Shown here: positions 11,467 through 21,727 of the stretch, in pieces | Position numbering within the stretch: the first letter of the stretch is position 1 | Layout: each line of letters starts with the position of its first letter | Virus record (IMG/VR): IMGVR_UViG_2061766007_000586 | Location: 192,001-256,000 of that record | From: a virus | Taxonomy: Duplodnaviria > Caudoviricetes | DNA: 64,000 nt | Reading direction: 5' to 3' (one strand) | The notes under the pieces: model-generated | The model's input: the letters and a program-made list of their open reading frames with translations, nothing else | What the model was told of the DNA's origin: nothing | Databases searched by the model: none | Translations under genes and position numbers: made by a program

Positions 11467-14001
11467 ATGCCTGTATTTAGTACAAACTTAAATGCTTCGA
11501 ATCTGACTATTCCTCCTACTACAACAATGGAAGCTCACATAGCAGCAAATAATCCACATCCAAATTATTTACTTGTTTCTGATTTAAAATCAGCTGTAAA
11601 TACACAGATTACAGTAAGTGAATTAAAAGATGTTGTAGTAGGTAGTTCAGCATTACAAGGAACAATATTACAATTTAAAGGTGCTGCTTATGTCCCTGTC
11701 ACTATGAACGAGGCTTTAAGCGGATTTGAACTTCCAATCGCTACTGAACAAAGTCGTGGCATTATACAGTTAGCAGTTTATAATGATATTATATCTAAGA
11801 ATAGAGTTAAAGCAGTTACACCTTATCTTTTAGATACTTACGTATCAACAAGAATAGCGATAGAAGATAACGATATTCGTAATTACATTGATAGTAAAAT
11901 ATTTAACATCAATGTATCAGTTGATTCTGCTACAACACAAAGATATGGTATTACGAAACTTGCCACGCAAGCTGATGTTGTTGCAAAAGTTGCATCCACT
12001 GTTATTACACCAAACTTAATGGTTAATTATGTAAACAGTGTGTTATCTTCAGGATTACCTCCTGAAGTAATTCGTGCAACAACGATTGACTATGGTATTG
12101 TTCGTTTAGCAGCAGAAGCCGACACAATTAATCCTACTGAAGATCCTGATGCTGTAGTTACTGTTGGTAATTACGCAGATAAAATTAATGTTGGTGTTGT
12201 TAGATTAGCGCAATCAAATGATATTATTGCTGCAGTTACATCTACAGCAGTTACACCAGATTTAGTATCAACTTATGTTTCAGCTGTACATTCTACAATT
12301 AACACCAGTATCGTGAATGTCAGTTCAAGCTTAGAAACATCTATTACTAATGTTAATACAACTCTCAATACATCAATTGTAAATGTTAGTTCTGCATTAG
12401 AAGCAAGCAAACAAGACAGATTATTCCCATTAGGTTTACACACAAGTGTTGTTTCAACAGTTGATGGTGATAAAGTTGATTGCTTATTAAAAGATGGAAC
12501 AAATATTGTAATTGATCAAGCTACCCATAAAATCAATTGTACACTTGATACAGATTCAATCCTTAATACTTTTGCAGAAGGTATGTTAAAAGGATTAATT
12601 GATTGTACAGTTAAGAAACAAACATATACAAAGAATAGTACAAAAACGGCTTGTATGGGAACGTATATGGATAAAGGATATATTAAATTTCCTTTCTTAA
12701 AATATACATATACAGATCCCAACAATGCTAATATTAAAAAAGAATATTGTTTAGCTTTGATATGGGGTCAACATGTATCCACTTATGGTAAAGCAACAAA
12801 TCATTATGATACAATTGAAATCAATATAGCTGGTTATTATAAATTGATACGAGTAATAATGCCTGTTTTACATTATGTAGGAACAGCAGTATATGATACT
12901 AGTTATATTCCTCTAAATATATTACAAGCAGCAACTACCGGTACAGCACATGATGTACTCAATACTCATGATAATTGGGTTCATTATGTACGAGCAAATC
13001 ATGTAAAAAATATAGGTGAAAGTGTATCAGACGTAGATGATTATGCTCCAATAGAATCATTTACATATTACATGAACTGTGATGATGAAACAGCATCAGG
13101 TTCGTATACAATTACATGGTTCTTATTAGGTTTAACAAGTATTGAAGATGATTGTTGGACTGCAGTTGAACAATCTACTCCTATTTTATATCCTATGAAT
13201 TTTACAGCTGGTACTTATTATGATGCAAATTTAATACGAGAAATAACATATAAATACAGAGATAATGATAGTTCAACTGATTATTATTCGGGTGATGATG
13301 TATCATATCCTGTAGCGTATACAATTAATGAACCGGATGCTAATTCTAATTGGGTACCAACAATGAATATAGCATTACCTGTAAAATATAGAGATAGATT
13401 CCTTAGAGGTGTTGGAGATCATCCTAGATCACAATTATCAGTAAGATATACATTTAATCGACAAGTGAGTTATGAAGACACATATGAATACTATATTCAA
13501 AATCTAGCTTTTGTATGTCAGATTAGTAAAGGTACAGCATTCGGTATTGTGTTCAACGAATTATATATCACTAAAGATGAAAATGGTAATTTAGTTATTG
13601 ATCCTCTTAGAAGTGATATAGTGTATATTGATAATTTTGATAGATATACACAAACATACGGGGATGTTATAAAGTACAATATTAACAATAGTACATTAAC
13701 TAAGTTTGTTCCAGGTACAGCATTAACCTATGGTGATGGTTCTCCTGATTTTACTTCTTGGAATCTATCTGAATGGGGCGGTGCAAAGAATAATCCACCT
13801 ACTGGAGCTGTCATACATTGGTATTATACAGATCATGATAATTATTGTCACCGATTACATTTTGTTATGGGATATACTGATTCACAAATTATATTCCAAG
13901 CTGTGGCTGCTTCATATTATCAGCACGGAAGTGCTGAAGCAACTAGAGTCTTATACAGTTTACCTGAGGCAGTTATATTCCAAGGTTTACCAAAAGAATA
14001 A
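11467..14001 (+). CDS. tail fibre protein
   Basis: HIAANNPHPNY and ATxxxxGIxxLA repeats; shares the KFP...CLAxxWG module with 2587 and 5492. Confidence 0.85.
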   Translation: MPVFSTNLNASNLTIPPTTTMEAHIAANNPHPNYLLVSDLKSAVNTQITVSELKDVVVGSSALQGTILQFKGAAYVPVTMNEALSGFELPIATEQSRGIIQLAVYNDIISKNRVKAVTPYLLDTYVSTRIAIEDNDIRNYIDSKIFNINVSVDSATTQRYGITKLATQADVVAKVASTVITPNLMVNYVNSVLSSGLPPEVIRATTIDYGIVRLAAEADTINPTEDPDAVVTVGNYADKINVGVVRLAQSNDIIAAVTSTAVTPDLVSTYVSAVHSTINTSIVNVSSSLETSITNVNTTLNTSIVNVSSALEASKQDRLFPLGLHTSVVSTVDGDKVDCLLKDGTNIVIDQATHKINCTLDTDSILNTFAEGMLKGLIDCTVKKQTYTKNSTKTACMGTYMDKGYIKFPFLKYTYTDPNNANIKKEYCLALIWGQHVSTYGKATNHYDTIEINIAGYYKLIRVIMPVLHYVGTAVYDTSYIPLNILQAATTGTAHDVLNTHDNWVHYVRANHVKNIGESVSDVDDYAPIESFTYYMNCDDETASGSYTITWFLLGLTSIEDDCWTAVEQSTPILYPMNFTAGTYYDANLIREITYKYRDNDSSTDYYSGDDVSYPVAYTINEPDANSNWVPTMNIALPVKYRDRFLRGVGDHPRSQLSVRYTFNRQVSYEDTYEYYIQNLAFVCQISKGTAFGIVFNELYITKDENGNLVIDPLRSDIVYIDNFDRYTQTYGDVIKYNINNSTLTKFVPGTALTYGDGSPDFTSWNLSEWGGAKNNPPTGAVIHWYYTDHDNYCHRLHFVMGYTDSQIIFQAVAASYYQHGSAEATRVLYSLPEAVIFQGLPKE

Positions 14002-14014
14002 TTTTACTATGTTA

Positions 14015-14046
14015 GTAGAGTCCCTTAATTGGGACTCTACTTTTTT
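14015..14046 (+). terminator. intrinsic terminator
   Basis: GTAGAGTCCC-TTAATT-GGGACTCTAC-TTTTTT. Confidence 0.8.
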
Positions 14047-14089
14047 GTTTGTTTTTGCATTTTATGCTTAATTAACAAGGAGTTTTATT

Positions 14090-15331
14090 ATGGGTGATGA
14101 TCCGATTATAGAACAAAGATATTCTATTCATACTGACGATCCTCATGTTCGTTTTCATTTAAAGCGTCTCATGGATCAACAGATGGGTATTCCAATTCGA
14201 GTGTCTAAAACGTATCCAAAACGTGGTACAGATATCATGATGAAAGTAAGAGTTATGGTTAGTGAAAAAGGACCAAATGAAGTCATGGAATATGACTCAC
14301 CTTTAGAAGACCAAACTTTTCTTCCAGAGATGCAATTAGTTGTGTGTTCTTGGGGTAATGATCTTTATAGAATCAGAGCAACAAAGAATGCATTCGATCG
14401 TATTATTCGTATGAATCCACTTCCTGAGATTATGTTTGTGGAAGGAAGTACAGATGGTAAATTTTATTTTGAATATGTAAAAGAATATAAGCATGTTAAT
14501 TATCTTCCAGTAGATTTAACAGCACCTATGTTCCATAATTTATTCATGAAAGAAATCCTCTGGAATTATGGAGTTTCTTATATTCTGGAGATAGCACCAG
14601 AAACCAAAAAAATATGTTATCTGGATGCTGATTGTTCCTTTGTAGACATGTATAGTTTTAAAGTAATCAGTGAAGCATTAGATAAATATGAAGTTATATC
14701 ACCGTTCCAAATAACGTATTACGAAACAAGAAAAGAAGATGATATTAATTATGGAATTATGCATTCGACTGGTTATCAGTTTACATTACAAAACGGATTA
14801 CCTGGATGGTTTGGTTTTGGTGTAGCGATGACTACAGAAGCATTAAAGAAATATTTTAATAATGAGCTTCCTTGTTCTTGCGCTGGTTTAGGTGACATAT
14901 TTTTATGGTATATGCTAGCAGGTTATCGTAACTTGAGAAATTATCACGCTATTCCGTTCTATAAACATATTTTACAAAATTATAGAATTAAGGATGCTAA
15001 GGTAGGATTTGCTCCTACTGTCCTAGTACATCACTATCATGGTAAGATGTCTCAAAGACAGTATACTGCTAAATATCATATTTTAAGAAGATGTGTTCCT
15101 CAACCATTTGGAGAATTAGCACGTGTTGGTAATTCTTCTCTTATGTGTTGGAACGACAAACCTGAAGTACAAAGATATCGTTATTTCTTAGATAATCTTG
15201 TTTATTTCAAAAATAAAGGTTTAAGAAGATTATCTGTACAAGAAGCAACTGAATTCTTTGAGTGGTTAATGAAAAGAAGAAATGAACCACCTACTGTAAT
15301 TAAACAGTTATTACCAGTTCGTCCTTTGTAA
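14090..15331 (+). CDS. putative GT-A fold glycosyltransferase
   Basis: KEILWNYG, ICYLDADC (DxD), GLGD and HHYHG motifs, as in viral GT2-like enzymes. Confidence 0.6.
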   Translation: MGDDPIIEQRYSIHTDDPHVRFHLKRLMDQQMGIPIRVSKTYPKRGTDIMMKVRVMVSEKGPNEVMEYDSPLEDQTFLPEMQLVVCSWGNDLYRIRATKNAFDRIIRMNPLPEIMFVEGSTDGKFYFEYVKEYKHVNYLPVDLTAPMFHNLFMKEILWNYGVSYILEIAPETKKICYLDADCSFVDMYSFKVISEALDKYEVISPFQITYYETRKEDDINYGIMHSTGYQFTLQNGLPGWFGFGVAMTTEALKKYFNNELPCSCAGLGDIFLWYMLAGYRNLRNYHAIPFYKHILQNYRIKDAKVGFAPTVLVHHYHGKMSQRQYTAKYHILRRCVPQPFGELARVGNSSLMCWNDKPEVQRYRYFLDNLVYFKNKGLRRLSVQEATEFFEWLMKRRNEPPTVIKQLLPVRPL

Positions 15332-15355
15332 AAAAGAAAAAGATCTCTTCGCCTA

Positions 15356-15592
15356 TTAAGGCGAAGAGATCTTATGTTTTTTCAGATAAAATTTACGATT
15401 GATAATTTTTCGGTCCTCTGGATCAGGCGGGTTTTTGATTTGATAGAGTTTAGCATATGCAATACGCTCTTCTCTATGTTCCTGATAATACTTTTTTCTC
15501 TTTTCGAGAATTTTTTCTCGATGGGATAAATAGTATCGTCTGGAATATTCTTGCATTTTGGTAAGCATAAGAAAATTTATCCTGTGATACAA
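15356..15592 (-). CDS. small basic hypothetical protein
   Basis: K/R/Y-rich (YYLSHREKILEKRKKYYQEH), like the N-terminal extensions of phage endonucleases. Confidence 0.55.
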   Translation of the reverse strand: MYHRINFLMLTKMQEYSRRYYLSHREKILEKRKKYYQEHREERIAYAKLYQIKNPPDPEDRKIINRKFYLKKHKISSP

Positions 15593-16039
15593 TTAAGAGC
15601 ATATCTTAAGAATATCTGTATTGCTAAGGACTGATTTTTTATTAATTGCAATTATTGCTTTGAATACATCTTTAGAATAATTTTCAGATTGTGGATTTTC
15701 TTTTCTGAAATTTCTCTCTCTTTTCCTATCTTCTGATAATCTTCTGATTTGCTTCTTTTTATTTTGTAATTCTTTAAATTCTTCAAAATTAGTTTGTTTT
15801 AATGCATTCATCTTTTCTTTTTGCTTAGCAAGATATCTATCCTGGTATTGTTTTACTTTAGTTGGATTTTTGAGAGCCCAACATCTACTCTTGATATACA
15901 TTTTTTTTCGAATTTCAGAATTTGTACGACAAGCGTATGTTCCTGCAGCACTATAATGACGAGTGTGTATACTGCAACCTATCAAACGAAAAGCTTCTCG
16001 TGCAGTTTTTTCCAATTTAGTTTGCATAAACTTGTCCAT
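15593..16039 (-). CDS. basic hypothetical protein
   Basis: 148 aa with RBS AAGGAG. Confidence 0.65.
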   Translation of the reverse strand: MDKFMQTKLEKTAREAFRLIGCSIHTRHYSAAGTYACRTNSEIRKKMYIKSRCWALKNPTKVKQYQDRYLAKQKEKMNALKQTNFEEFKELQNKKKQIRRLSEDRKRERNFRKENPQSENYSKDVFKAIIAINKKSVLSNTDILKICS

Positions 16040-16145
16040 TGTTATTCTCCTTGTATTGGTTTTGGATTTCTATTAAAGTCATATATACTTTCATTTTAAA
16101 TCAAAAAAGAAACACACCTGCTTCATATGAAGCAGGTGCGATAAA

Positions 16146-16736
16146 TTAAGATTTAGATTTTTTTGTTTGTTTTTCTATGTGGTGTTGCTTCCAGATTTCA
16201 GCCCGCATAATATCTTTTTCAGGAAGAATATCTCCAGTCTGTCTTTCGACTTCAACGCCTTTTTCTTCAAGAGCTTTGTTAAGTTCTTCATAGAACTTAT
16301 CCCAGTCTTCTTGAGTTTCAAGAGGATTATTCGCCCATGGCCAATCTTCTTGTTTAAGGTATTTGCATTTCATAATACCTTTACTAGCATTGACTGTGAG
16401 TGTTCCTTTAAGGCAGCATCCGCATTCTTCATAATCAATAGTGATTGCTGTATCAACACCATGGCCATGAAGATATTCAGCTAATGCTCTTGCGTCAAAA
16501 TCAGAAATACTCCATTTGACTTCGCCACTGATTAGCATGTCACAACTACCTTTATCTTTATCGATTTCATCTTCGATAGCGATATGGCAGTCTCTAATCC
16601 AAACGCCACCAATACAAGCCATTTCATTTAATTGATTATGGGCATCAACAACGGATTCTAATCCTTTCTGAAGCCATTTAGCTTTTTCATTGGAAGGTGC
16701 TTTGAATTTCACATCAATATAACACCAATTAGCCAT
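16146..16736 (-). CDS. hypothetical protein, MxNWC-type (DUF1281/YubB-like ferredoxin fold)
   Basis: Likely start MANWCY after AAGGAG; GEVKWS and YEECG motifs. Confidence 0.55.
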   Translation of the reverse strand: MANWCYIDVKFKAPSNEKAKWLQKGLESVVDAHNQLNEMACIGGVWIRDCHIAIEDEIDKDKGSCDMLISGEVKWSISDFDARALAEYLHGHGVDTAITIDYEECGCCLKGTLTVNASKGIMKCKYLKQEDWPWANNPLETQEDWDKFYEELNKALEEKGVEVERQTGDILPEKDIMRAEIWKQHHIEKQTKKSKS

Positions 16737-17118
16737 TATTGGTCTCCTTTGCTTCAGAATGTTCGTGATCAATCTGAACAATGGTGTATTTCGTGGTATC
16801 AACATCACCTTCAAAGATGATTTGCTTTTCTTTCTGGTTGACATGTTTGTTGATACGACCAATTTCAGAACCAGGATAGATGTGAAGAATACCTTGGAAC
16901 AGATCTATGACTTTTACTTTACCTTCCACATAGCATTGACCATTATTCTGAATAATAGAAACGACATCTCCTTCCTCTCTAATATTCACAGAGCCATCAC
17001 CATCAAGTGAAATAAGTAAATTGGTCTTTGTATTCACAGTTAAACAAGATTCATGTTTGACTGAAATCACATCATCATTTTCCATGTGAGTGATATTGAG
17101 TTTACCTTTTAGTTCCAT
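16729..17118 (-). CDS. hypothetical protein (beta-rich)
   Basis: 129 aa with RBS; coupled to neighbouring genes. Confidence 0.6.
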   Translation of the reverse strand: MELKGKLNITHMENDDVISVKHESCLTVNTKTNLLISLDGDGSVNIREEGDVVSIIQNNGQCYVEGKVKVIDLFQGILHIYPGSEIGRINKHVNQKEKQIIFEGDVDTTKYTIVQIDHEHSEAKETNNG

Positions 17119-17527
17119 GTTTTTTCTCCTTAAAAATTTTAATAAGACGAATTGTTATAAAAGTGATGAGTGCACCTATACCTACATAAAGATCATAGAT
17201 ACTAGGATGACAATCATCTAACGTGTTGTTTGGAGCTAATACTACACACATATATTTACATGCGAGTAATACGATTATGATGCAAGTTATGAAACTTATT
17301 AAGAAATCAAAGAGTCGATTCATCTCATTAAGGGGATCAAATGGCTCTGATTCTATTGAATCTTTTGACTCAGCTTTTCTTTTGATAGGTTTGATGAGTG
17401 GTTCAAGATTTTCCTTAACAGGACCTGAGGATCCATCAGGATTAGAATGCATCATAATTCTCATGATGTTTTCTTCACTCGGCGCTTTATCAGCAGGACC
17501 TGAATACGTAAATTGTGTGTATCCCAT
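17102..17527 (-). CDS. membrane protein, 2 TM
   Basis: Two hydrophobic segments; likely start MGYTQF. Confidence 0.6.
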   Translation of the reverse strand: MGYTQFTYSGPADKAPSEENIMRIMMHSNPDGSSGPVKENLEPLIKPIKRKAESKDSIESEPFDPLNEMNRLFDFLISFITCIIIVLLACKYMCVVLAPNNTLDDCHPSIYDLYVGIGALITFITIRLIKIFKEKKHGTKR

Positions 17528-17528
17528 T

Positions 17529-18089
17529 TTAATTCTCCCATTGTTCAAGAATTTCATCAAAATGATGAACTTGTACGTGAGCCATTAAAAGGAGATTGGT
17601 TGCAACATCTGCCTTATATTTCAATCTGTATTTGTAGATGATAGGATCTTCTCCTTCAGGAATAGTATCAAGTGAAACAACAGGTTCATTGTACCAATTA
17701 CTAAAGAAGACTTTCTTGAGTCCTGCGTTGATAATCATCTTAGCGCAGTGAATACAAGGTGAAATAGTACAGTAGATAGTACCACCTTCGATTGTAACGC
17801 CATGTCGTGCTGCCTGCACGATGGCGTTTTCTTCTGCATGTGAGCAGATACATTCGTTCAAAGAAGTTCCAGAAGGTGCATTACCTGCACACCGAGGACA
17901 ACCACCTTCATTACAATTTTTGATACCACTTGGGGTACCATTGTACCCAGTGGCAAGAAGATGATTGTCTTTAGCAATGACTGCACCTACCTGACGTCTG
18001 GAACAACTGCTACGTGTCGCTACAACTGCAGCAATGTTGAGAAAATATTTATCCCATGGCACGGCAGGAAGAGTACGTTCTAATCCCAT
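17529..18089 (-). CDS. dCMP deaminase
   Basis: RSSCSRRQVGAVI, GYNG, HAEENA and PCIHC zinc motifs. Confidence 0.93.
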   Translation of the reverse strand: MGLERTLPAVPWDKYFLNIAAVVATRSSCSRRQVGAVIAKDNHLLATGYNGTPSGIKNCNEGGCPRCAGNAPSGTSLNECICSHAEENAIVQAARHGVTIEGGTIYCTISPCIHCAKMIINAGLKKVFFSNWYNEPVVSLDTIPEGEDPIIYKYRLKYKADVATNLLLMAHVQVHHFDEILEQWEN

Positions 18090-18099
18090 ATTGTTCTCC

Positions 18100-19086
18100 T
18101 TATTTGTTCACAACAATTCTAAAAAGTTGTTGTGATTGTTTGAGTTTAGCATTCTCTTTTCTAAGATCACTAAGTTCATCATAAGTATCTTCAAACTTAT
18201 GTTTTAACTCAGTATGTTCGTTATAAAGAGATGCGAATTTATCCTTCCATGTATTAAGATATCCACGTAACCAATTATTTTCTTTACGGACATCTGCAGG
18301 AAGTCTTTTTATTGCTTGAAGTTCGTTATTTTTCTTAATAAGCGCTTTGTTTTCTTTTTCCAATTCTGATATTTTTTTACGAATAGGATCTATCTTTAAC
18401 TTATGTAATTCCATTTTCCTTTCAAGAGCCAAATCTTTAGTTTTTGATAAATCGGTTTGAAGCGAGTTAATTGTGATTTCACGTGTCTTAATAAGATTTA
18501 AAAGTTTCTTATTTTCTCTCTTGAGTATAATGCTTTCATATTCTGCATCGGTATTCTTACATTTTGTAAGTTCAAATTGAAGAGAAAGAATTTGACTATC
18601 TTTCGAATCAAGTTGACGTTTTAAACCAGTGCATAATTGCATGAGATTTTCTTTAGTTAGTTCAGTTTCCTGAATTTTTCTATGCAAAGAATTCAAATCA
18701 ACATGATATTCAAATCCATCATAATAAGCTTGGGTTTTTGGTTCAGGAAAATTACCTTTCACAGCATCAACTTCTTCTTGTGAGAGATGCATCTTCTCAA
18801 CAAAATTGTCGAGAATTTCTTGCATGTGGAATCGTTCAGAAAAACGAGGATATGCTTCCATGAAACCTTTGATAACAGCTACATGATGCATGATCTGCAT
18901 TTTTGGAACATAGTTAGGAAATACAGCATTAGTAGTAATGATATTTCCTGCTACACGAGTCATACAAATATGTTGAATAACTCGTTCGTTTCTGAGATCA
19001 AACTTTTTCAGTTTAAGATACTCAGGAAAAATACGACGCATGTCTTCATACGAATAGATGAAAGTGGGGATGTCGTCGAGGACCAT
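18100..19086 (-). CDS. coiled-coil hypothetical protein
   Basis: 328 aa with a long heptad-rich C-terminal half. Confidence 0.7.
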   Translation of the reverse strand: MVLDDIPTFIYSYEDMRRIFPEYLKLKKFDLRNERVIQHICMTRVAGNIITTNAVFPNYVPKMQIMHHVAVIKGFMEAYPRFSERFHMQEILDNFVEKMHLSQEEVDAVKGNFPEPKTQAYYDGFEYHVDLNSLHRKIQETELTKENLMQLCTGLKRQLDSKDSQILSLQFELTKCKNTDAEYESIILKRENKKLLNLIKTREITINSLQTDLSKTKDLALERKMELHKLKIDPIRKKISELEKENKALIKKNNELQAIKRLPADVRKENNWLRGYLNTWKDKFASLYNEHTELKHKFEDTYDELSDLRKENAKLKQSQQLFRIVVNK

Positions 19087-19127
19087 AATGAATTCTCCTT
19101 ATATAAAGTTAAAATAAAAGGCAAAGA

Positions 19128-19366
19128 GGCATCTTTACTATACTGCTAAGTGATAAAAGCAATAAAAGTTTAGCAACTAAATTTTGCATCGCAACGTCAT
19201 CGAAAGGTTTAAACGATCAAGCTTGTTCCATATTCTTTATCGCTGCAGAATACGGACAGCGGTTGAGATTTCCTCAGCAGCATTAACTGGGTTAACAAAA
19301 AGTAGCATAGTGCTTTTAAGGTAATGACTGTGACCTTTGAAAGCACTTAAATATAGTAAAGATACC
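19128..19366 (-). ncRNA. ~240-nt structured RNA or leader of unknown family
   Basis: 15-bp terminal helix GGTATCTTTACTATA/TATAGTAAAGATGCC (G-U on minus strand), several internal hairpins, and a promoter-like motif at ~19420. Confidence 0.6.
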
Positions 19367-19490
19367 ATAGAAAAAGGCGCAGTTGTGGCCAAAATCAACA
19401 AAGTCACAACTACATTTTAGGAATATATAGTTAAAGATATATTGAAAAAAATAACCTGCTCTCCATATGGAGAGCAGGTTACAAGATGGC

Positions 19491-20159
19491 TTAACCGAAA
19501 TACCAGAAGCCACCATCTCTGGCTTTCTGAATCAAAACATTTCCTCTCATTCCGACAAAGCGGGGAATATCATCGTCTTTTTCGATATTCCATACCCTGA
19601 TTCGACCTCCTGGATAGAGTTCGATATGTCTGAACGGTATTAATCCGTTGAGATGAAGAGTGCCGAAGACTCGGCACATATCGAGCTTGCTTCCATGTGT
19701 TCCATCAATGGTGATCTCCCCTGAAGCTTGGACGGTCAACTTTTCGATTTCTGCATTGTGAACATTTGCCACTCCACTGATTTCGACCTCATCAAGGAGC
19801 AGATCGCTGTGGACGAATGCTTTGCCGTCTTCAGCATCATCGTGAAACCAGTTCGCGATAACATTGCTGAAACGAGGAGTTTTCAGCTTTTTGATATGAG
19901 TTCCATATAGCCGAATGAGTTGAACAGAGCGCCATTCGTCTTTTTCGTTTCCTTCGATTTCGTTGGTGTCCATAAGCCAAGCTTCCTGGGAGAATTCGAT
20001 TTCTTCGAATTCGCCACGGAAAATCGTAGCATCTCTGCGATTTATTTCAATTTTTTCTGCAGATTTGCAATCGACAAAGTCGAAGGACGTGATCAGTTTA
20101 CCGTTTCGATTGATTTCGGCCTGATCAATATTTCTGTTTTCATAGGCTTGAGTATACAT
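19491..20159 (-). CDS. hypothetical protein
   Basis: 222 aa with RBS AAGGAG. Confidence 0.7.
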   Translation of the reverse strand: MYTQAYENRNIDQAEINRNGKLITSFDFVDCKSAEKIEINRRDATIFRGEFEEIEFSQEAWLMDTNEIEGNEKDEWRSVQLIRLYGTHIKKLKTPRFSNVIANWFHDDAEDGKAFVHSDLLLDEVEISGVANVHNAEIEKLTVQASGEITIDGTHGSKLDMCRVFGTLHLNGLIPFRHIELYPGGRIRVWNIEKDDDIPRFVGMRGNVLIQKARDGGFWYFG

Positions 20160-20172
20160 GATTTCTCCTTTG

Positions 20173-20613
20173 TTAGAGTACGATCATTGAATTTGTAAAC
20201 TCTTTCAGCAGATTGATCTTCTCCTGAAGAGGTTTTCCGTCGAAGTAACGACCGGAACATTTGAGATCCGGAATCCTTGCAACGAGATCTTTCAAAGTTG
20301 AGACATAGTCCTGACTGGCTGTTGGATCCATTGTGGTTCTGATTTTGTTTGCATAGCCTTCTGCGTAAAAGAGCATATAAGTGATTTGGTGTTCTATCAC
20401 CTTCTGCTCTAACGTCAAAAGAGGATTGTGAGGATCTTTCCACGCCGGTCCAAAATAGGCCGACGGGGATTTGAAATTTACAGGAATCATTTCCAGAATT
20501 CTGTTGTAATACTCACAGAGTTTCGCTTTTTCCGATATTTCATGTGTGGTGATGATCTCGCTTTTAAGGTTGTCGAGAACCTCAACCATGGTGTGAACGG
20601 TCGAGTCTAACAT
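20173..20613 (-). CDS. hypothetical protein
   Basis: 146 aa with RBS. Confidence 0.65.
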   Translation of the reverse strand: MLDSTVHTMVEVLDNLKSEIITTHEISEKAKLCEYYNRILEMIPVNFKSPSAYFGPAWKDPHNPLLTLEQKVIEHQITYMLFYAEGYANKIRTTMDPTASQDYVSTLKDLVARIPDLKCSGRYFDGKPLQEKINLLKEFTNSMIVL

Positions 20614-20617
20614 AGGT

Positions 20618-20758
20618 TTACTCCTTATTATATTTGTTTAAAATTTCTTGGCAACGAAGATCACAACCAACGCAGTTATATGCGTAGCAGTAGTTTTCGT
20701 AAAGCTGCCGAAGTTCTTTACTTTGAAGTTCATCCGCTTGATTTTCAGAAGATTTCAT
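20618..20758 (-). CDS. small Cys-rich protein
   Basis: Probable start MKSSEN; CxxxxCxxCxxxC near the C-terminus. Confidence 0.4.
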   Translation of the reverse strand: MKSSENQADELQSKELRQLYENYCYAYNCVGCDLRCQEILNKYNKE

Positions 20759-21203
20759 CTTCGTAATTCTGAGGATTATCCTCAGAATAATCTGCTTGAG
20801 ATTCATAGTAATCCTCCATTCGGTCAAAATCATCATCGGGCAAATCCAGATCATCGAATGTATCCATGACTAGAGAAAGGATGTTGATTTTGGTTTTTTC
20901 TTTGACTTCGCTAAGCCAAGCTTCCTGACATCGACCTCTGAGAAGATTTAATTCTCTTCTTTGAGGACGAGACATATGCCTACCAGCATGAGCTAAGGCG
21001 AACATAATGGGTTTGAGTTTTTTCTCATACTTGTGGCAGATGTCAGCTTGTTCTTTTACGATCTTACCCAGTCTGTCTTGTTCGTCTGGAGTCTTGGCGT
21101 TGAAATGATGTACACACATATTGTTGTAAACACGACTACTTATTTCATAGCCATGCATGTACATTTTTGCGATGGCGAGTTTATAAGAGATTTGGTTTTT
21201 CAT
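20745..21203 (-). CDS. hypothetical protein with acidic tail
   Basis: 152 aa with RBS AGGAG. Confidence 0.65.
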   Translation of the reverse strand: MKNQISYKLAIAKMYMHGYEISSRVYNNMCVHHFNAKTPDEQDRLGKIVKEQADICHKYEKKLKPIMFALAHAGRHMSRPQRRELNLLRGRCQEAWLSEVKEKTKINILSLVMDTFDDLDLPDDDFDRMEDYYESQADYSEDNPQNYEDEIF

Positions 21204-21218
21204 TGTTGTTCTCCTAGA

Positions 21219-21476
21219 TTACATGATGAATTCCCAATCAGATCTGCACTTATATTCTGCAGATTCTCTGATTTCTTCCCAACCGTCCCAACTTATTGGG
21301 GTGTTATTCTTTTTCTGGTTAATCTCCCAAAGGAGTCCTCCTTCCAGAGCATATTTGCATTTTCGAATTACCGGATGGGGAGTTTTCGATACACGAACAG
21401 TTGTGCGTTTAAATTTCAAATAAGCGTACATATGTTCGTGGTTAAGAATGGCCTTTCTTACTTGAACAAATGTCAT
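21219..21476 (-). CDS. hypothetical protein
   Basis: 85 aa with RBS AAGGAGG. Confidence 0.65.
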   Translation of the reverse strand: MTFVQVRKAILNHEHMYAYLKFKRTTVRVSKTPHPVIRKCKYALEGGLLWEINQKKNNTPISWDGWEEIRESAEYKCRSDWEFIM

Positions 21477-21486
21477 AATGACCTCC

Positions 21487-21621
21487 TTAATCGTTACGTA
21501 CGATGTTGCGGCAAACTTTTAAAAAGCTTGCCCAAGGTTTTCTACATGCACGGCAAATGATGCAGATTATAAGTTCATTAGGAGTAAGAAATCCGTTTTC
21601 AATTCGTTCATGATTATGCAT
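21487..21621 (-). CDS. small hypothetical protein (44 aa)
   Basis: Not in the ORF track. MHNHERIENGFLTPNELIICIICRACRKPW...; RBS AAGGAG and promoter motif at ~21660. Confidence 0.55.
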   Translation of the reverse strand: MHNHERIENGFLTPNELIICIICRACRKPWASFLKVCRNIVRND

Positions 21622-21695
21622 AATAAATCTCCTTATATTGGTTTTGGGTTTCTATTAATGTTATATATATTTCAAACAAAAAGAAAAACAAAGGT

Positions 21696-21727
21696 GATCT
21701 CCTTGGGTATTGCTACCCAAGGAGATC
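21696..21727 (-). terminator. intrinsic terminator hairpin
   Basis: GATCTCCTTGGGTA/TACCCAAGGAGATC inverted repeat. Confidence 0.7.

Noticed and set aside
2587-14001. Diversity-generating retroelement acting on the tail fibres
   Set aside because: No reverse transcriptase and no TR/VR near-duplicate differing at adenines were seen in this window.
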